A DNA stretch of 64,000 nucleotides from Gnetum montanum. Its lineage: Eukaryota; Plantae; Gnetophyta. Under the pieces are notes generated by a model, which had not been told where the DNA came from, searched no databases, and worked only from the letters and a program-made list of their open reading frames with translations. Position numbers and translations under genes: made by a program. How positions within the stretch are numbered: position 1 is the first letter of the stretch; every line of letters starts with the position of its first letter. This document shows, in pieces, positions 11,638-25,100 of this stretch. Location: assembly GCA_015680685.1 (NCBI GenBank), contig MNCI01000651.1:1851832-1915831 (forward strand), read 5' to 3'.

Positions 11638-13460
11638 GTTACGAGCTATCATCATCCCTATGATTAATCCTTCATAATTTACCACATTTTTGGTGTATGC
11701 GAATTGGAAACAATAGGAAAAAGGTTGGATTTCACTAGAGGGTAGTGTCATGATAATAGTATCATTAGGTCCTTGGGTAATTGAAACTTTTTCAAAATGC
11801 ATAATGACTTCATATTCTTTTGGCGCCTCATCAATGATGTTAAAATGCTCATTAGGAAGCTTAGGGTATATGGTTGCATTATCTTCTACTAGGGAGGTTG
11901 TTAGTTATACAGCTATAGCTTGACCCTTCATTGAAGCTTGAGAGATGTAACATAGATCAAACTCAACAATTATTTCTTTCCACCTAGCTATACAACTACT
12001 TTCATCAATGTTTGTTGTTATGGTTATCAGCACATTATCCTTACATATGACATTGAATTGGCTCCTAAAAAGGTAATATCTTTACTTCTTTATGAAGAAG
12101 ACCAATGCTAAATAGTGCTTCTCAACCTCAATGTATCAAGTTTTGTAAGTAGTCAATGCATAGATCAGGTAGTATATGGACAACTCTACTTCATCATCTT
12201 ATTTTTAACAAAGAATAGAGGCTATGGATGAATTGAAGACTGAAAGGTAGATCTAATAAGATTTATCTTTCTAAGGTGGGTACACAGTGGTTAGTTGAGC
12301 CAACTCTTGCTTAATGTTTTTAAAGGCATCATGGCACTTAGCAATCCACTCATAGTGAACTCCCTTTTTAAGTAACTTTTTCATAGGTTGTAGCTTATTC
12401 AAAAGCCTTGAGATGAATATATGAATAGACTATAATCTACCTTGCAAACCTCATAGTTCCTTAAGGTTAGTAGGTATTTCCAAGTTGGTTATGGCCTTAA
12501 CCTTTCCAGGATCGATACATATCGCTACCTTGGACACTACAAAACCAAGCATCTTACCAATTTTAATGCCAAAGGCATACTTCTTAGGATTAAGTCTAAG
12601 CTCATATTTTAAGCAACATCTAAGCACTAAATCAAGGTTGCTTGCATGATCACTAGCTATTTTGGACTTGAAAGCTATATCATTAATGTAATCATTTAGT
12701 AATCCTAGTGTGTAGTCACTAAAAATGGAAGTTATTACTCATTGATAGGTTGTGCCTATGTTCTTTAGATTGAATGACACCATTATGTAATAAAAGATTC
12801 CCAAAGGGGCTATGAAGATCATATGTAACTAATGCTCTGGGTTGATTTGAACTTGGTTATATCCTGAGAATGCATCCATGAAGGATAATAAGGCATGTTT
12901 AGCTGTGGTATCAATGAGTTGATTGATACTAGAAAAAGAAAAATCATCTTTAATAGTTGCCTTGTTGAGGTCTTTGAAATTAATACAAATGAAAATGCTC
13001 TCATTTTTCTTGGAAACTATCACTATGTTAGATACCCAATCAATATAATCAACAACTTGAATGAAGCCTACTTGGTAAAGCTTCTTGATCTCATCAAGAA
13101 CTATTAGGGCCAAATCTAATCGAATTTTGCATACTTTTTGCTTAATAGGCTTGATACTAGTATCAAGTATGATACTATGTTGTATCAATTCTGGCATATC
13201 CTCATATGATCAAGAAAAGGCTTTAACTTTATTGTGAAGAGCCTTGGTAATGTTTTTCAATATCTGGGGTTCAAGTAAGGAACTTAGTTTTAGCATTTTC
13301 TCCTCATTATTATGGGTAGGAATAAGAATTTCAACAAGAGAGTCCTCAATGATATCACTGGCCTTGAGGTCAAGCATATTAACTATGTACTCACGTCATT
13401 CAAGGGACTTCTTTATTGAAGTTATGTGGTCCAATAGGTTCTCGGGCTTAAGATTTAAGT
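11638..13460 (-). pseudogene. pol: Degenerate Tat-like pol: RT, RNase H, additional (archaeal-type) RNase H
   Basis: WVSNIVIVSKKNESIFICINFKDLNKA...LLSFMDAFSGYNQV (Tat-type RT); FQFAYTKNVVNYEGLIIGM (aRH NNxAEYEALIxG motif). Confidence 0.9.
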
Positions 13461-13739
13461 AATCAAGTTTAATGGAGCATTCAACATCACTATAGGATTC
13501 ATTCAAGTTTAAATATAGGTTGAATTGTACCCCATGTATCCATGTTCTAATCTTGCATGTCAACCAAAAACATATTAAGTGGCATATATGTGGTAAAATT
13601 GTTAAACAATGGTAAAATGATGTAAGTGACATCAATAGTAGAACATCATAGAAAAACACAAGGGTCAAAAAGAGTAGAACAACACAAGAAAAATATAAGT
13701 AAATTCATAACATGATAAATTTAGTGTAAAGAAGGTAAA

Positions 13740-14480
13740 TCAAGATGGAAGAGGGGCCAAACGATGCCAAATGATGTAGAGTAAGGTCAAATAAAGGTCA
13801 AAACCATGCAAAATAATGTCAAATGAAGTGGAATGAGATCTTAATGATGTTAAATGATAATGAATAATGTCAAATGATCATAAAACAAGGTGAAATATGG
13901 TTAAATGATGGCAAGTGAGGCCATATGATGTCAAAAATGATGAAAAATTATACTAAATAATGTAAAAATGTTGTAAAATGTTGTTGGACAATGTCAAATG
14001 AAGCCAAATGATGAAAAATGATATCAAATGATGTTGGATAAGGTCAAATAAGGATAAATGATGTCCAAATATGGCCAAATGATACCAAATGAAGTTAAGT
14101 AATGTCAAAATAGGGTTAAAAGTTGTCAAATAGCATTAAATAAGATCAAAAGGTGCAACATAAGGTTAAATAACTCATAATAATATCAAATTTATGGAAA
14201 TAAAATAAAAAATGATGTAGAAAGGACATTGAATAGTGCTAAAATGATGTGAAAATGATGAAGGATTTTGTCAAATGGTGTTAAATGGCATCAAATAATG
14301 TAAAATGATAACAAATTATATCAAATAACATCAAATATTATTAAATGAGATTAAATAATGAAAAGATGATATCAGATGATATTGAATGGGATCAACAAGG
14401 CTAAATAGGATCAAACAACATCTAAAGGATGCAAGAAGGTTAAGAATGGTTGAACAAGGTTGAGCAAAGTCGAAGATAGC
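13740..14480. repeat. Degenerate short-period repeat (ATGATGTCAA / ATAAGGTCAA-like units)
   Basis: Recurrent tgtcaaatga / ggtcaaata motifs; a similar TTGACC-rich tract lies in element B at ~44620-45050. Confidence 0.6.
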
Positions 14481-14839
14481 ATTGAATAGAAATATTTATA
14501 CTTATTTTTTATTTTTATGATTGAAATAAATAAAAATTTTATCAAAATAAGTTATAAACTATCAAATAGGTGAAAACTTAAAGAAAACAGGTTGCTAATT
14601 CTCAAAATTCGGAAAAAGCTAAGGAAAATATGTTATACATCATCAAAAATAGCAAAAAGATCAAGGAAAAAAGTTGTAAAGTGTTAAAATAATAAAAAAA
14701 TCTAGATAAAATTGGTTTTAAATTATCAAACTATTTAAAATCTAGTAAAAATAGAAAAATCTTGTGAAAACTAGTTGTAAACTAGAAAAGAGGTTTTTCA
14801 TGGTAAAAAATATTTTAAAAGCTAAAAAATTATGTTTTT

Positions 14840-16320
14840 AATGTGTGGGCCTAGAATCCCAATGTGTGAGCATCATGTTTTCACCATCTCAACATGTAGG
14901 GCTTACATCCCCAGTGTGTGGGCAATTTGACTTGGGTTTTGACTTTGTGGAATCCATCAAGGAAGTGCTTGGGTAGTCTTAGTCTTGTTAATTGATAACA
15001 TAGATTTTACATGTTGGGCCATGCAATACCAAAACATATGAAGCATATTAGAACAATGTGTGGGACTTGTATGAAAATTTAGAAAAGTTTTCCACCATGT
15101 TTTTGGTCTTTCTAGGAACTTATGACAACATCACAGACTTAGAAGAGAAACTACAATTTTGGAATTTCTTGGTGTAAAATGTGGGTTGTTTTGGATCACG
15201 TTTGAGCTTTTTCTTATCCCAAAATTTGGTTCACACATTAGAAGGTGGTTTTCCAATGTGTGGAGGTTGATGTAGCAACTTTTAAAGGCTTTAGAGGTGG
15301 TTTTGACAAGGTCTTTTGCTTCAAAATGCTTCTAGGGTAGCATCTAAACACCTATAGTTTATTGACTTATTTTGGTGTAATTTATGGATGGTACTAAGTA
15401 ATTTTAAAGTATTTTTGATCCATATGTTGGAGATTATTTTTCCAATGTGTAGAAGCTTAAAGGCTAGTTTAGGAATGTTTTTGACCAAGTTGTTTGCCTT
15501 CTTAGGCTCTTATGGTAGCACCTAGGATTCGGAGTGAAGATTTGAATATTTTGAAGTAATATCAAGAAAGATTAGAGTCCATAAAAGCTCACACATTAAT
15601 CCATACATTCACTAGTGGTTTTCCAATGTGTTGCATGAATGCTTGCTATTTAGGAATTTTTTGGCTTAATTTCTAATTGCTTTGGACTTTTAGGGAAACC
15701 ATAAGGATTTTGGAGGTTAATCTAAAGTTTTTGAACCTATATCATCCAAGATTGAAGTCCATAAAAGCCCACACATTGGCTAGTGGTTTTCCAATGCGTA
15801 GCATAAATCATAGCAATTTATGATTGTTTTCAACTAGGTTTTCTAGCATTTATATGCTTCTACATTAACATTTGAGGCTTGAAGAAGAATCTGCATCTTC
15901 TTGGGATTTTTGAGGCCATGTATGAATTACTTATAGATGTTCATTTATCCCAAAAATTACTTCACACATTGGGGAATGATTTTTGAACGTGTGAGCTTTA
16001 ACCTCTAGCTTGTAGGGGCCTAAAGGTCATTTTCTATACTTGTGAAATTTAGCTACTATTTTTAGGTTCTAGTGGATCCTTTAGGTAATGTATGAATAAA
16101 TTTTAATAATATATTTTCTATTATCACATCCTAAAAATTTTTCCACATGTTGAATAGTGGTTTATCAATGTGTGGAAGCAAGGCCTTTTGATTGTATATG
16201 TTGCCCTACAACTTTAGAGGTGGTTTTTCAACTTGTGAGGCTATAAACTAGAAATTTTTTACAAATACCCAACATACCATAATTATTTCTCTTTCTATTT
16301 TCTAAGTCTAATGTGTAAAA
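14840..16320. repeat. Dispersed degenerate repeats (CACACATT...GTGGTTTTCCAATGTGT)
   Basis: Motif recurs at ~15230, 15590, 15770, 15960 and 16140. Confidence 0.6.
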
Positions 16321-19300
16321 GGTGTTCTTGGGTTTTGGCAGGTTTTTATTGCCAACAGAGACAACATTTTGTAAAGATGTTATAGTTGAACTTCAGTGTT
16401 GGAAGCTCTTTCTATCCCAATTTTTAGAGAGTAGTGCACAAGGGCTAGAGTGCTAGTTAAAAATTCAAATTCACACAAGTTTCTAGCATGACTGATCTCT
16501 ACACATCCTTGAAAATAGCATTGTAGCAGTAGATCCAAGAATTTCAAGCTTTTTTTTGTGGTAGTAAATGTAGATTTCATAGACCATGAGCACCATGGTA
16601 AAGAATATGCGATCAAGAAGTCAAAATTCAGTTTTGAATGAGGTAAAGAAGGTAATACACATATATAAAGGAATTTAGATCATTTTTCAAGAAAAATATC
16701 TTTGTCTAGGATCACTAGGTACCAAATCCCCACCATATTTTCCAATTTTCATAGTTTTGTGGTAGTGTTTTTCCATCTCTAGGCTTACCTAGGTTGAAAT
16801 TTTTTGATTTGTTTATGTCAAATAAAAAATCAAGGCGTGTTGATTGTGAAAAAATAAAAGTTTGGATTTTTGGTAATGGATTGAGGGATATTTTCATTTT
16901 TTTCCAAACTTGTGTATAGCAATTTTGCCCTAGTTTTGTTAATTTTGCCACAACTTTGACATTTTATCTAGACAACATATGCTGAAATTTTTCAGTTTTG
17001 ATCATGTAGATCTATTGTTCTAGATTTTTGGCTATACCAAAGGTTGAATCATATTTTTTCAAAATATTTATAATTTTTTATGGATTTTATCCCAACTAAG
17101 TTTTCAATGTTCTAGTCTATTTTTGCAAAATTTTGTAGTTTTCCCATGGAAAAATTGGTAGTGTTTGGAATTTTTTATGGTCTTGTGATCATCATTTATG
17201 ATCTTAGGATATTAAAGATTTAATTTATATAGGTTCTATAGGAAGTTTGTAAATTTTAAAAAAACTATGAATTTTTGTAAGGATTTTACAACAGTCGTTT
17301 TAGTGCAAACTAGGGTTTTAGTGAAAAATTTCATGCAATTTTGAGTTTTTTTACATTTTTTCCCTATAGTGTTGATGTTATATTTTAATTGCTTGATTTG
17401 TGTTCTTTGCATCAGTAGATAAGAATAAGTTTTTGTAACTTTTCTATATTTTTTTCTTAGCTCTAAGATCTCTACTAGTTCAGAGTTGAATTTTGGTGTA
17501 TGGACTAGCGTTAGTAGCATTGGGAACTTGTGTATGGTTTTTGATGATTTTTGATTTTCCATGGATTTATGGCCATTGTGTGGCACCATTTGTGTTTGAT
17601 ACCACAATGTGTGAGAGGTTTTGGAATTTTTTGTAGGAATGTTTGGCAGCATGTAGGCTTTAAGAGGCAAGGAAACTCATGTTTTTTGTTTCCACTTTGC
17701 CTAACTCCTTGTGCTTAAGATTTTTATAGTTTGTTGGTTATCATACTTTGCAAAATTCCATTCATTTAATTCCAATAATATCCATTTTTTAGCTCTAGTA
17801 TGGTTAAAATCTTGTTTCATGTCAAGTGTTTGTGGTAATGCTTGATTTAGTCTTTTGAATATCAACTCTTTGTTAAAATGTCTAATTGTTTTTTTTTTAC
17901 CAAGTTAAATAATTGTCAAGATGTCAAATTTGATTTATAGGATGTGAAATAAGGTTCAAAGTGGCTAAACTTGGTATGTATTGGAATGGCAAGCATGTTA
18001 GTGGATTTGGTTATTTTATGTATTTTTATTTCATGATAACATTGTTGTTTCATAGGCCATTTATGTTTGTTTGTTTTGTTAATTTTTTTTAGTATTTATA
18101 TGGTTTTTTATGGTATAATGGTTGTGTTTCTTGGATATTTATAGGGCCTTTTTGAAACCTATCCTAATTTTCATTGAGTTGGTGTGAATTTTATGTTTCA
18201 AGGGAATAGTTATAGATAAGAGCTTGCACCCCGATATGAACCTTGATAATTGCACTTTAATACAGTTTAGAATTGGTATCAAATAGTTCTTGATGTACTT
18301 AGTCCAAACTTACACTATTATCATATGGTCAAACTTGGATATGGATGTTGCAACTGTAATCATGGATATTCTCTTGATAGGATCTTCTAACTATGTTTTG
18401 AAGTTCATGGTTGATGATCTTGACATCCAAAGGGAGATAGAGTGGAATAATACTTTATATTTGATGGGGGATCAAAGGTTATCAGAGATCTAGAAGATGC
18501 TAAAGTACTTGTAATACAACATTAACAACACCTTGATGATAGGTCACAAGATAAATAGTATATTTCAAAAAATCCTCCAGGGAATTTCTACCACTTAGAA
18601 TCATAAGTCCTATATTAAGTTAACATCTTTGTTTGTTTCTTTTTCTTTGATGTTTTTTTTTCTCATAATGTTTTTCATCCTTCATGTCTTGTAGGTATAG
18701 GGTAAACCAAGGAGGATTGGTATGGAATTATCAAACTTTATCAATGGCCCACACATCTTTGAAAGAGTTTAGATAGGATGATGTCATTAGAGTTCAAGTG
18801 TTGAACCATCTTGGTGATGAGTTTGGGGGATATCTCATGTAGTACTCTCATGTATACCAAATATGTGTAGCTACGGATTATGCACATGCATGATGGGCTC
18901 ATTAAGATCTAGGAGCACCTATTCTAGTTCAACCTAAGGCCCTAGCTTTTCCTAAGCCTAAGTGTAAGTTATTATAGTATGATCAATGTTTTTATTAGTT
19001 TTAGTTTTATTTTTATGGTTTTATTAGGCTAACTCATCAACTATGTTATACCATAGATTCTACACATGATTCTTCAATTACCATCACTATTTCAAGGCAT
19101 GTTGGGAAGAAAATTCAACTTAAATGAGGTGAGGTGGACTGATCACAGGAATGGCTAGGAGAAAGAGCTCCTGAGAATATCCAATAGAGGCTTACATACA
19201 TAGGTTTGTTTGGCCTATTCACATTGCTGAGTCCATCAATGTCTCCTACTAAGATGTTAAACATGATTGATTCTTTTAATGAGGAGGTTATGAAATTCAT

Positions 19301-19410
19301 CACTCATATTCATGATCTTTCTATTATTTTGAGCATTAACAAGTCCATGTTTAGTGATCTCTTTGGCATACCTTCTAGTGGTCTTAAAGTAACTGTTAGA
19401 GTAGGGAAGG

Positions 19411-20269
19411 TGATGAGTGGTAGATACCCCTACAGTCAACCATATGAATCACAAGAATTCATGCATGATTTGGTCAAATTTCATAGACCTTATTTCTTCA
19501 AGTACATTGGTTCTAGGAAGTGAAGTCTAATTGTTATAACCATTATCTTCCGAGTTACACTTTTAAAATGCAAAGGCATGGTTAAGTAAAACTAATGCAT
19601 CTAATTTTTATCATTTTTCATGTTTTATGTTCTTAGTGCTTAAAATAAAGGAATGAAGTAATTTTTAATGGATAATTTAATCTAACTAACTAATTAATCT
19701 CTAACTAATCCTAACATAAGTATCTTGTCCCACTGTCCATACACATTCTAAACACATATAACATTGATGGATTACAAGTGTTGCTAGGATTACCAAGCAT
19801 CATGCGCATGCTCAAAATGGTCATACTTATGTACTTAATTAATTGCTATTTAGCGTAGCTAACTTAACGTAGCTTAATTTACCTTAAATATTGAAAAGAA
19901 TTAAATAAAATTGCATAAAACATTAAATTCATACATAAAATATTTAATCTAGCCAAATTTCTACAAGGTTTATTAGAAAGCTCATGTTTAATTATACACA
20001 CACTACCATTCTTAAGTACAATAGTGCTCAAATAAAGATTCATTCACTTAATGACTCCTACTATGAGCACTTGGAAAAATATTCTAACTCTAAGGAAGAA
20101 AACCTGTGAGGGCTCTACTATGCTATGAAAAAATTTATGTCCAAACCATGCACCCAAGCACTATATTTATAGGTTATCACACATCCCATGACATTGGATA
20201 TTCGACATCACCTTTGAGCCCCTAATATTGGATATCTGATATTAGAGCTAGACAAAATATAGTTCATCA
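19411..20269 (-). repeat. 3' LTR (Athila-like)
   Basis: Direct repeat of 28097-28969; PPT (rc ttaatcatgggcgta) adjacent at 20270-20284. Confidence 0.88.
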
Positions 20270-22149
20270 TACGCCCATGATTAAATGAAAAAAACACGAA
20301 GGAACAATTCCCTTACAAAATATTGGGAAGGTATGGGATTATTGACTGACATGCAAACTGACTTAGATAGAATAGATAGATTCTAAGTATCCAAGTGTAT
20401 GGATTTACATTCTTTTATAAAATTGGGTGTTCATGATAGTAGAATTGAACATCCTAGCCAAAACTGACATCCAACTCCTCTTGAAGCTAAAGAACAAGGG
20501 ATAAGATTCAATGATCATGAAGGAGCCTTGTCACATGGTGCTATTATTGATTCCTTGGTGAAGATAGTTCCACTTTTACTCTATGATTCCCACTACAATC
20601 ACAATAAAATCATGGATTAGTGTGCAACGTGTAACTTATAGCTTTTAGGTACCTTGTCTCATTTGCAGTTACAGTTGGCTAGGTTTTGATTATGATGAAT
20701 TAATTATTTTAATAGCATTAGTGGGAAGAATGAAAAATAAGGTGAATTAGATAAGTGATCCATTATTAAACTATAAAAATCCAAAATGCAATGAAATGTT
20801 TAAAGAGGATTAAAGAATTCACAATAACAAAAAAGAGGATTTCACTAAAAAAAACATTGTGAAGATGCACACAATTGAATGTCATTGATGAGGCACAAAA
20901 AAGGATTTGATTGTGAGAATGTCCAAGGGTAAAGAACTTAACTAACCTAACCAAAAGGTATGCAAGTGGGTGCTTCCTAAAGCAGGCACATGCCCTTGTT
21001 GCCCTTACATATCCTCAAATCAAGGAGTCCATGGATCCCATGGGTGATTAATGGTTATAGAAAGTTAAGTAAAAAAACCTAGAAGAAACTACCTAAGAAT
21101 TTTGACACATCAAACTAAGACATTGAACAAGGACATGAACACCGAAAGTGAGGTGAAACATAGAAAGCATAGATGGATGAGAGAGAGAAAGTGGAATAGA
21201 GTTCTCAATTAAGGTCACATGAAATCCCTTGTGAATTTTGTGGTTAAATGACCTAATAAATTCTATCCTTAGTCCAAACCAAAACCAACTATGTTTAGTG
21301 ACTTTTCATCACCACTCTAACACTAGTCCATCCCTTTAAGACATAAGAGTGCTCATACAAAACAACCATCATACCTTATTTAAGAAGAAAAGAGAAGCAG
21401 GAAGTGAGAAAGAACCTTAGTTAGAGGAGATCTTTAGGCATGGACAACATGTCTTTTTATTTCCATAACTAATGCTTGTGGCCTATTTTTTTTAAGGGGT
21501 ATGCTTTAAATTTCAATCATTTTATGGGAACCACACCATGTAAATACTTATTTAACATCCTATTATTGGTTGACATAGAATAGTATGAATTCCATGAAAA
21601 CCATCATGCATCCAAGTATAAGAGTACAAAGAGTATTGAGTCCCCTTAAAGTTGTAACCTATTCAAACCTTTGAATCCTTTCCACATCCAAAAACTACCA
21701 AGGTCACAAGTTTGTTAAAGTTTTATTAATGAAAAGGGACCTCACACTTCTAGAACTAGAAACACCATAGAGTTTGTGGATGGGTGGATGGTGTGGTCTC
21801 ACCACATATTTTATGGAAAAGAAACCATGTCTTAGTTATCAGTAACAAAATTCAAGCTAGAATCTAGACACCAACAATCAAATAACTAGATAGCATAGGT
21901 TCACATCAAGAAAACTACATTGTACCCATTTGGTAATAAGGCATGTTATTATTAGAACATAATAAGAAAGTCATACCAAAATAAAGAAACATATAAAAGA
22001 AATTATAAAATATTAAATAGAAATAAAATGTACTAAAAAGTTTGTAAAACAAATATTATAAAAAATTAAGAAAGTTGAGATTCATTAATGTTTCTTTTTG
22101 TGCTAGAGTTAAGTCAAGGTCAAGGTCAAGGTCATAGGCTATTGAAAGT

Positions 22150-25100
22150 GTATGGAGCTTGGATTGAATAGGAAGAATTGGTAGTTTTCCATACACCAGC
22201 TCATAGGGAGAGTAGCCTATGGGAATCTTCCACATTGAGCAGTAGGTCTAGAGGGAATTGTTAAGTTTCATGCTCTAGTCTCTCCTATATTTGCTAATTG
22301 TTCTCATTAAGATCTTAGTGATTTCTCTATTTGTAACCTCAACTTGACTGTTGGCTTTGGGATGATAAGGTGTTATTAGTTTATGCTTAACCCTCAATTG
22401 TTGCATGAGCTTTCAAAAGGTAGTGCTTGTAAAGTGGGTTCCATTATTAGAAATTAATGCACATGGCACACTAAACCTATTTACAACATTCTATTGCACA
22501 TAAAAAGTAGTAGTAGAATATGTATAGTCAGTGTTGGCTATTACAATGACTATGATGTATGCCTTTCCATTTGACATGGACATGATGGGATCCATGAAGT
22601 CAATGCCCCAGATGTTAAAGGATTCTAGTGGTTGGATCCACTATTTAGGTTCTTCCATTTAAGTGGTCATTCCACCATCGCATTGGCAATGTTCACAAGA
22701 GTTGATAAATTGGTGAGCATCCCTGAAAAGTGTTGTCCAATAATATCTTGCAATTAGGATCATAATGAAAATGTATCTCCATACATAGTGGCCCCCACAT
22801 GGACCCTCATGAGCATTCTAGAGAATGCGTAGTTGATTAGCATTAGGGACACACCAATGAACCAAGCCATCAACGCACACCTTGTAGATGTGCTTGTTGA
22901 TCTTCATGAAGTGATTTACCTCATGAAGAAACTACTATTTTTTTCTATGGTCAAGTTCTTATTGCATCTCTTGAGTGAGAAGATAGGTGAGAGTGCCATC
23001 ATACCATTTAGGCTTAGTGGGAAATTATTTTCTCATAGCCCTAGCAAAGAGAAGTTCATCCAAAAACTAATTAGATAGTGGGCTTTCCTCTCTATTTTTC
23101 CATCGCAACCAAGATAAGTGATCAATGAACACATTCTTAATTTCCTTTTGGTCTATCATCATAAGATCGAATTCCTGCAAGATCAACAACCACTATATGA
23201 CATGATGGCTCACCATTGGCTTATTCATTTAGAAGCCAATTGAACTATGATATGTGTGTGCAAACACTTTGTACAGAAGCGCATATTGCCTAAACTTTTC
23301 TAAAACAAGCACCACTACCATCAATTCTTTTTATGTGGTGATGTAGTTTAGCTATGCATCCAAAATGCTTCAACTTATGCAATGGATGTAATATGAATGT
23401 TTTTTATCATCCAATTACATAAGCATATCCCCTAAGGCATAATTTGATGTATCCATCATAACGTAAAATGGTCTAGACTAGTTTGGTGCTTGTAGAATTG
23501 AGGTTTCTATGAGTTTTTTCTTTAGTTGTTGGAATGCATTTTCACATTCCTTGATCCAAAAAAGAAATACAGAATATTTCTTTGTTAGCTCAACCAATTT
23601 TTTTTCAAGCTTAGAAAAACTCTCTATGAATCACTAGTAGTAGCCATTATGTCCAAGGAAAGACCAAACATCTTTTACAATTTTTGGTTGATGCATAATT
23701 CCTTGGATGACCCTAATATTTTCAAGGTTAACCTTAATTCTTACTTGTGAAATTTTGTGCTCCAACATAATGCCCTCCTGGACCATCAGATGGCGATTTT
23801 GCTAATTAAGCCAAAGATTGATCTCAATGCATCTTTTGAGCACTTACTCAAGATGACCCAGGTCTTGTTCAAATGTAGCCTCATAGGTGGAGAAGTCATC
23901 CATGAAGACTTCAACCTTGCTACTAATCTGTTGCTGAAAAATACTTAAGACTAGGAATTGGAATGTGCCAAGGGCATTACATAGTCCAAATGGCATCTTT
24001 CAATACACAAAAGTTCCCCATAGACTCATGAATGTGGTTTTGGCATGATTCTTTGGTACGATCTGGGTTTGGTTATAGCCACTATAACCATCTAGAAAAC
24101 TATAATAGCATTGCCCATAAATTATGTTCAACAACTAATTCACAAAAGGTAATGAAAAGTGATTTTTCAATCTTCTCATATTCAACAACCAGAATTCAAT
24201 GTAGACCTACCACTTGCCACCTTTCTTGGGCACAATCATGAGTGGGCTAACCCACTCACTATTTGCAATGAGATAGATAAACCCTACCTTGAGGATTTTT
24301 TCAATTTCATATTTGATGATTTGCTTTAATTTAGGGTTCAATTACTATTGTGGTTGCCTCTTTGGCTTCATGAATAGATCAATGTAGATACAATGTGAGC
24401 ATATCCTAGGATCAATCCTTATGAGTTTAGAATATGACTAAGAAAAGTTTATTGGTCATTTGTTGACCACATACAATAGCATCTTCTTTTGTTTAGGAGC
24501 AATATTTGCATTCATTATTATTACCAGCCTCTCATTTTTCAAGAATGCATATTCCATGTTGGTAGGTAGATTTTTTAACTCAAGGGGCTCTTGTTTAAAA
24601 TTTTTAGGAATTCCAAACTCTTCCCAATTAGTATCATCAATTTCATCAATGGAGAGTTGGTGATGAACTTTCTCTAGTTGATCCATGCCTTCTATGTAGG
24701 CACATGTTGTTCTCTTAGCAAGATCCATGCAAAGTGTGCTACTTCCAAGATCAGCTGTTAGCCACTGGGTTCCCTCTTGCTTTGTGGCTACTACATAGAC
24801 ACACTTTTGAATTTCAGATATATCAGCACACTAACTACATGCTTTGATAGATACATTATTAACTGCCCATAGTTTTTGCACATAGTTGCACCCTGTATCA
24901 CTGTATGAAACACATGGAACTTTCTTCCTCTTGATCTTTCTAGATGAATTTTCTTTAGAGATTTTGAGGGAAAGATCTTAAATCCCCAATTATGCATCAA
25001 CAATGGTCAGCTAAGCCCTTTCTATGATGATTGGGAAGTCACCCTTGCAATTGTTCATTCAAATCACTAAGAAATCAACTAGGTAGGACCACCTACAAAT

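Noticed and set aside
17236-17670. 144-aa Lys/Thr-rich minus-strand ORF
   Set aside because: Compositionally biased, no recognisable motif and no counterpart seen in element B.
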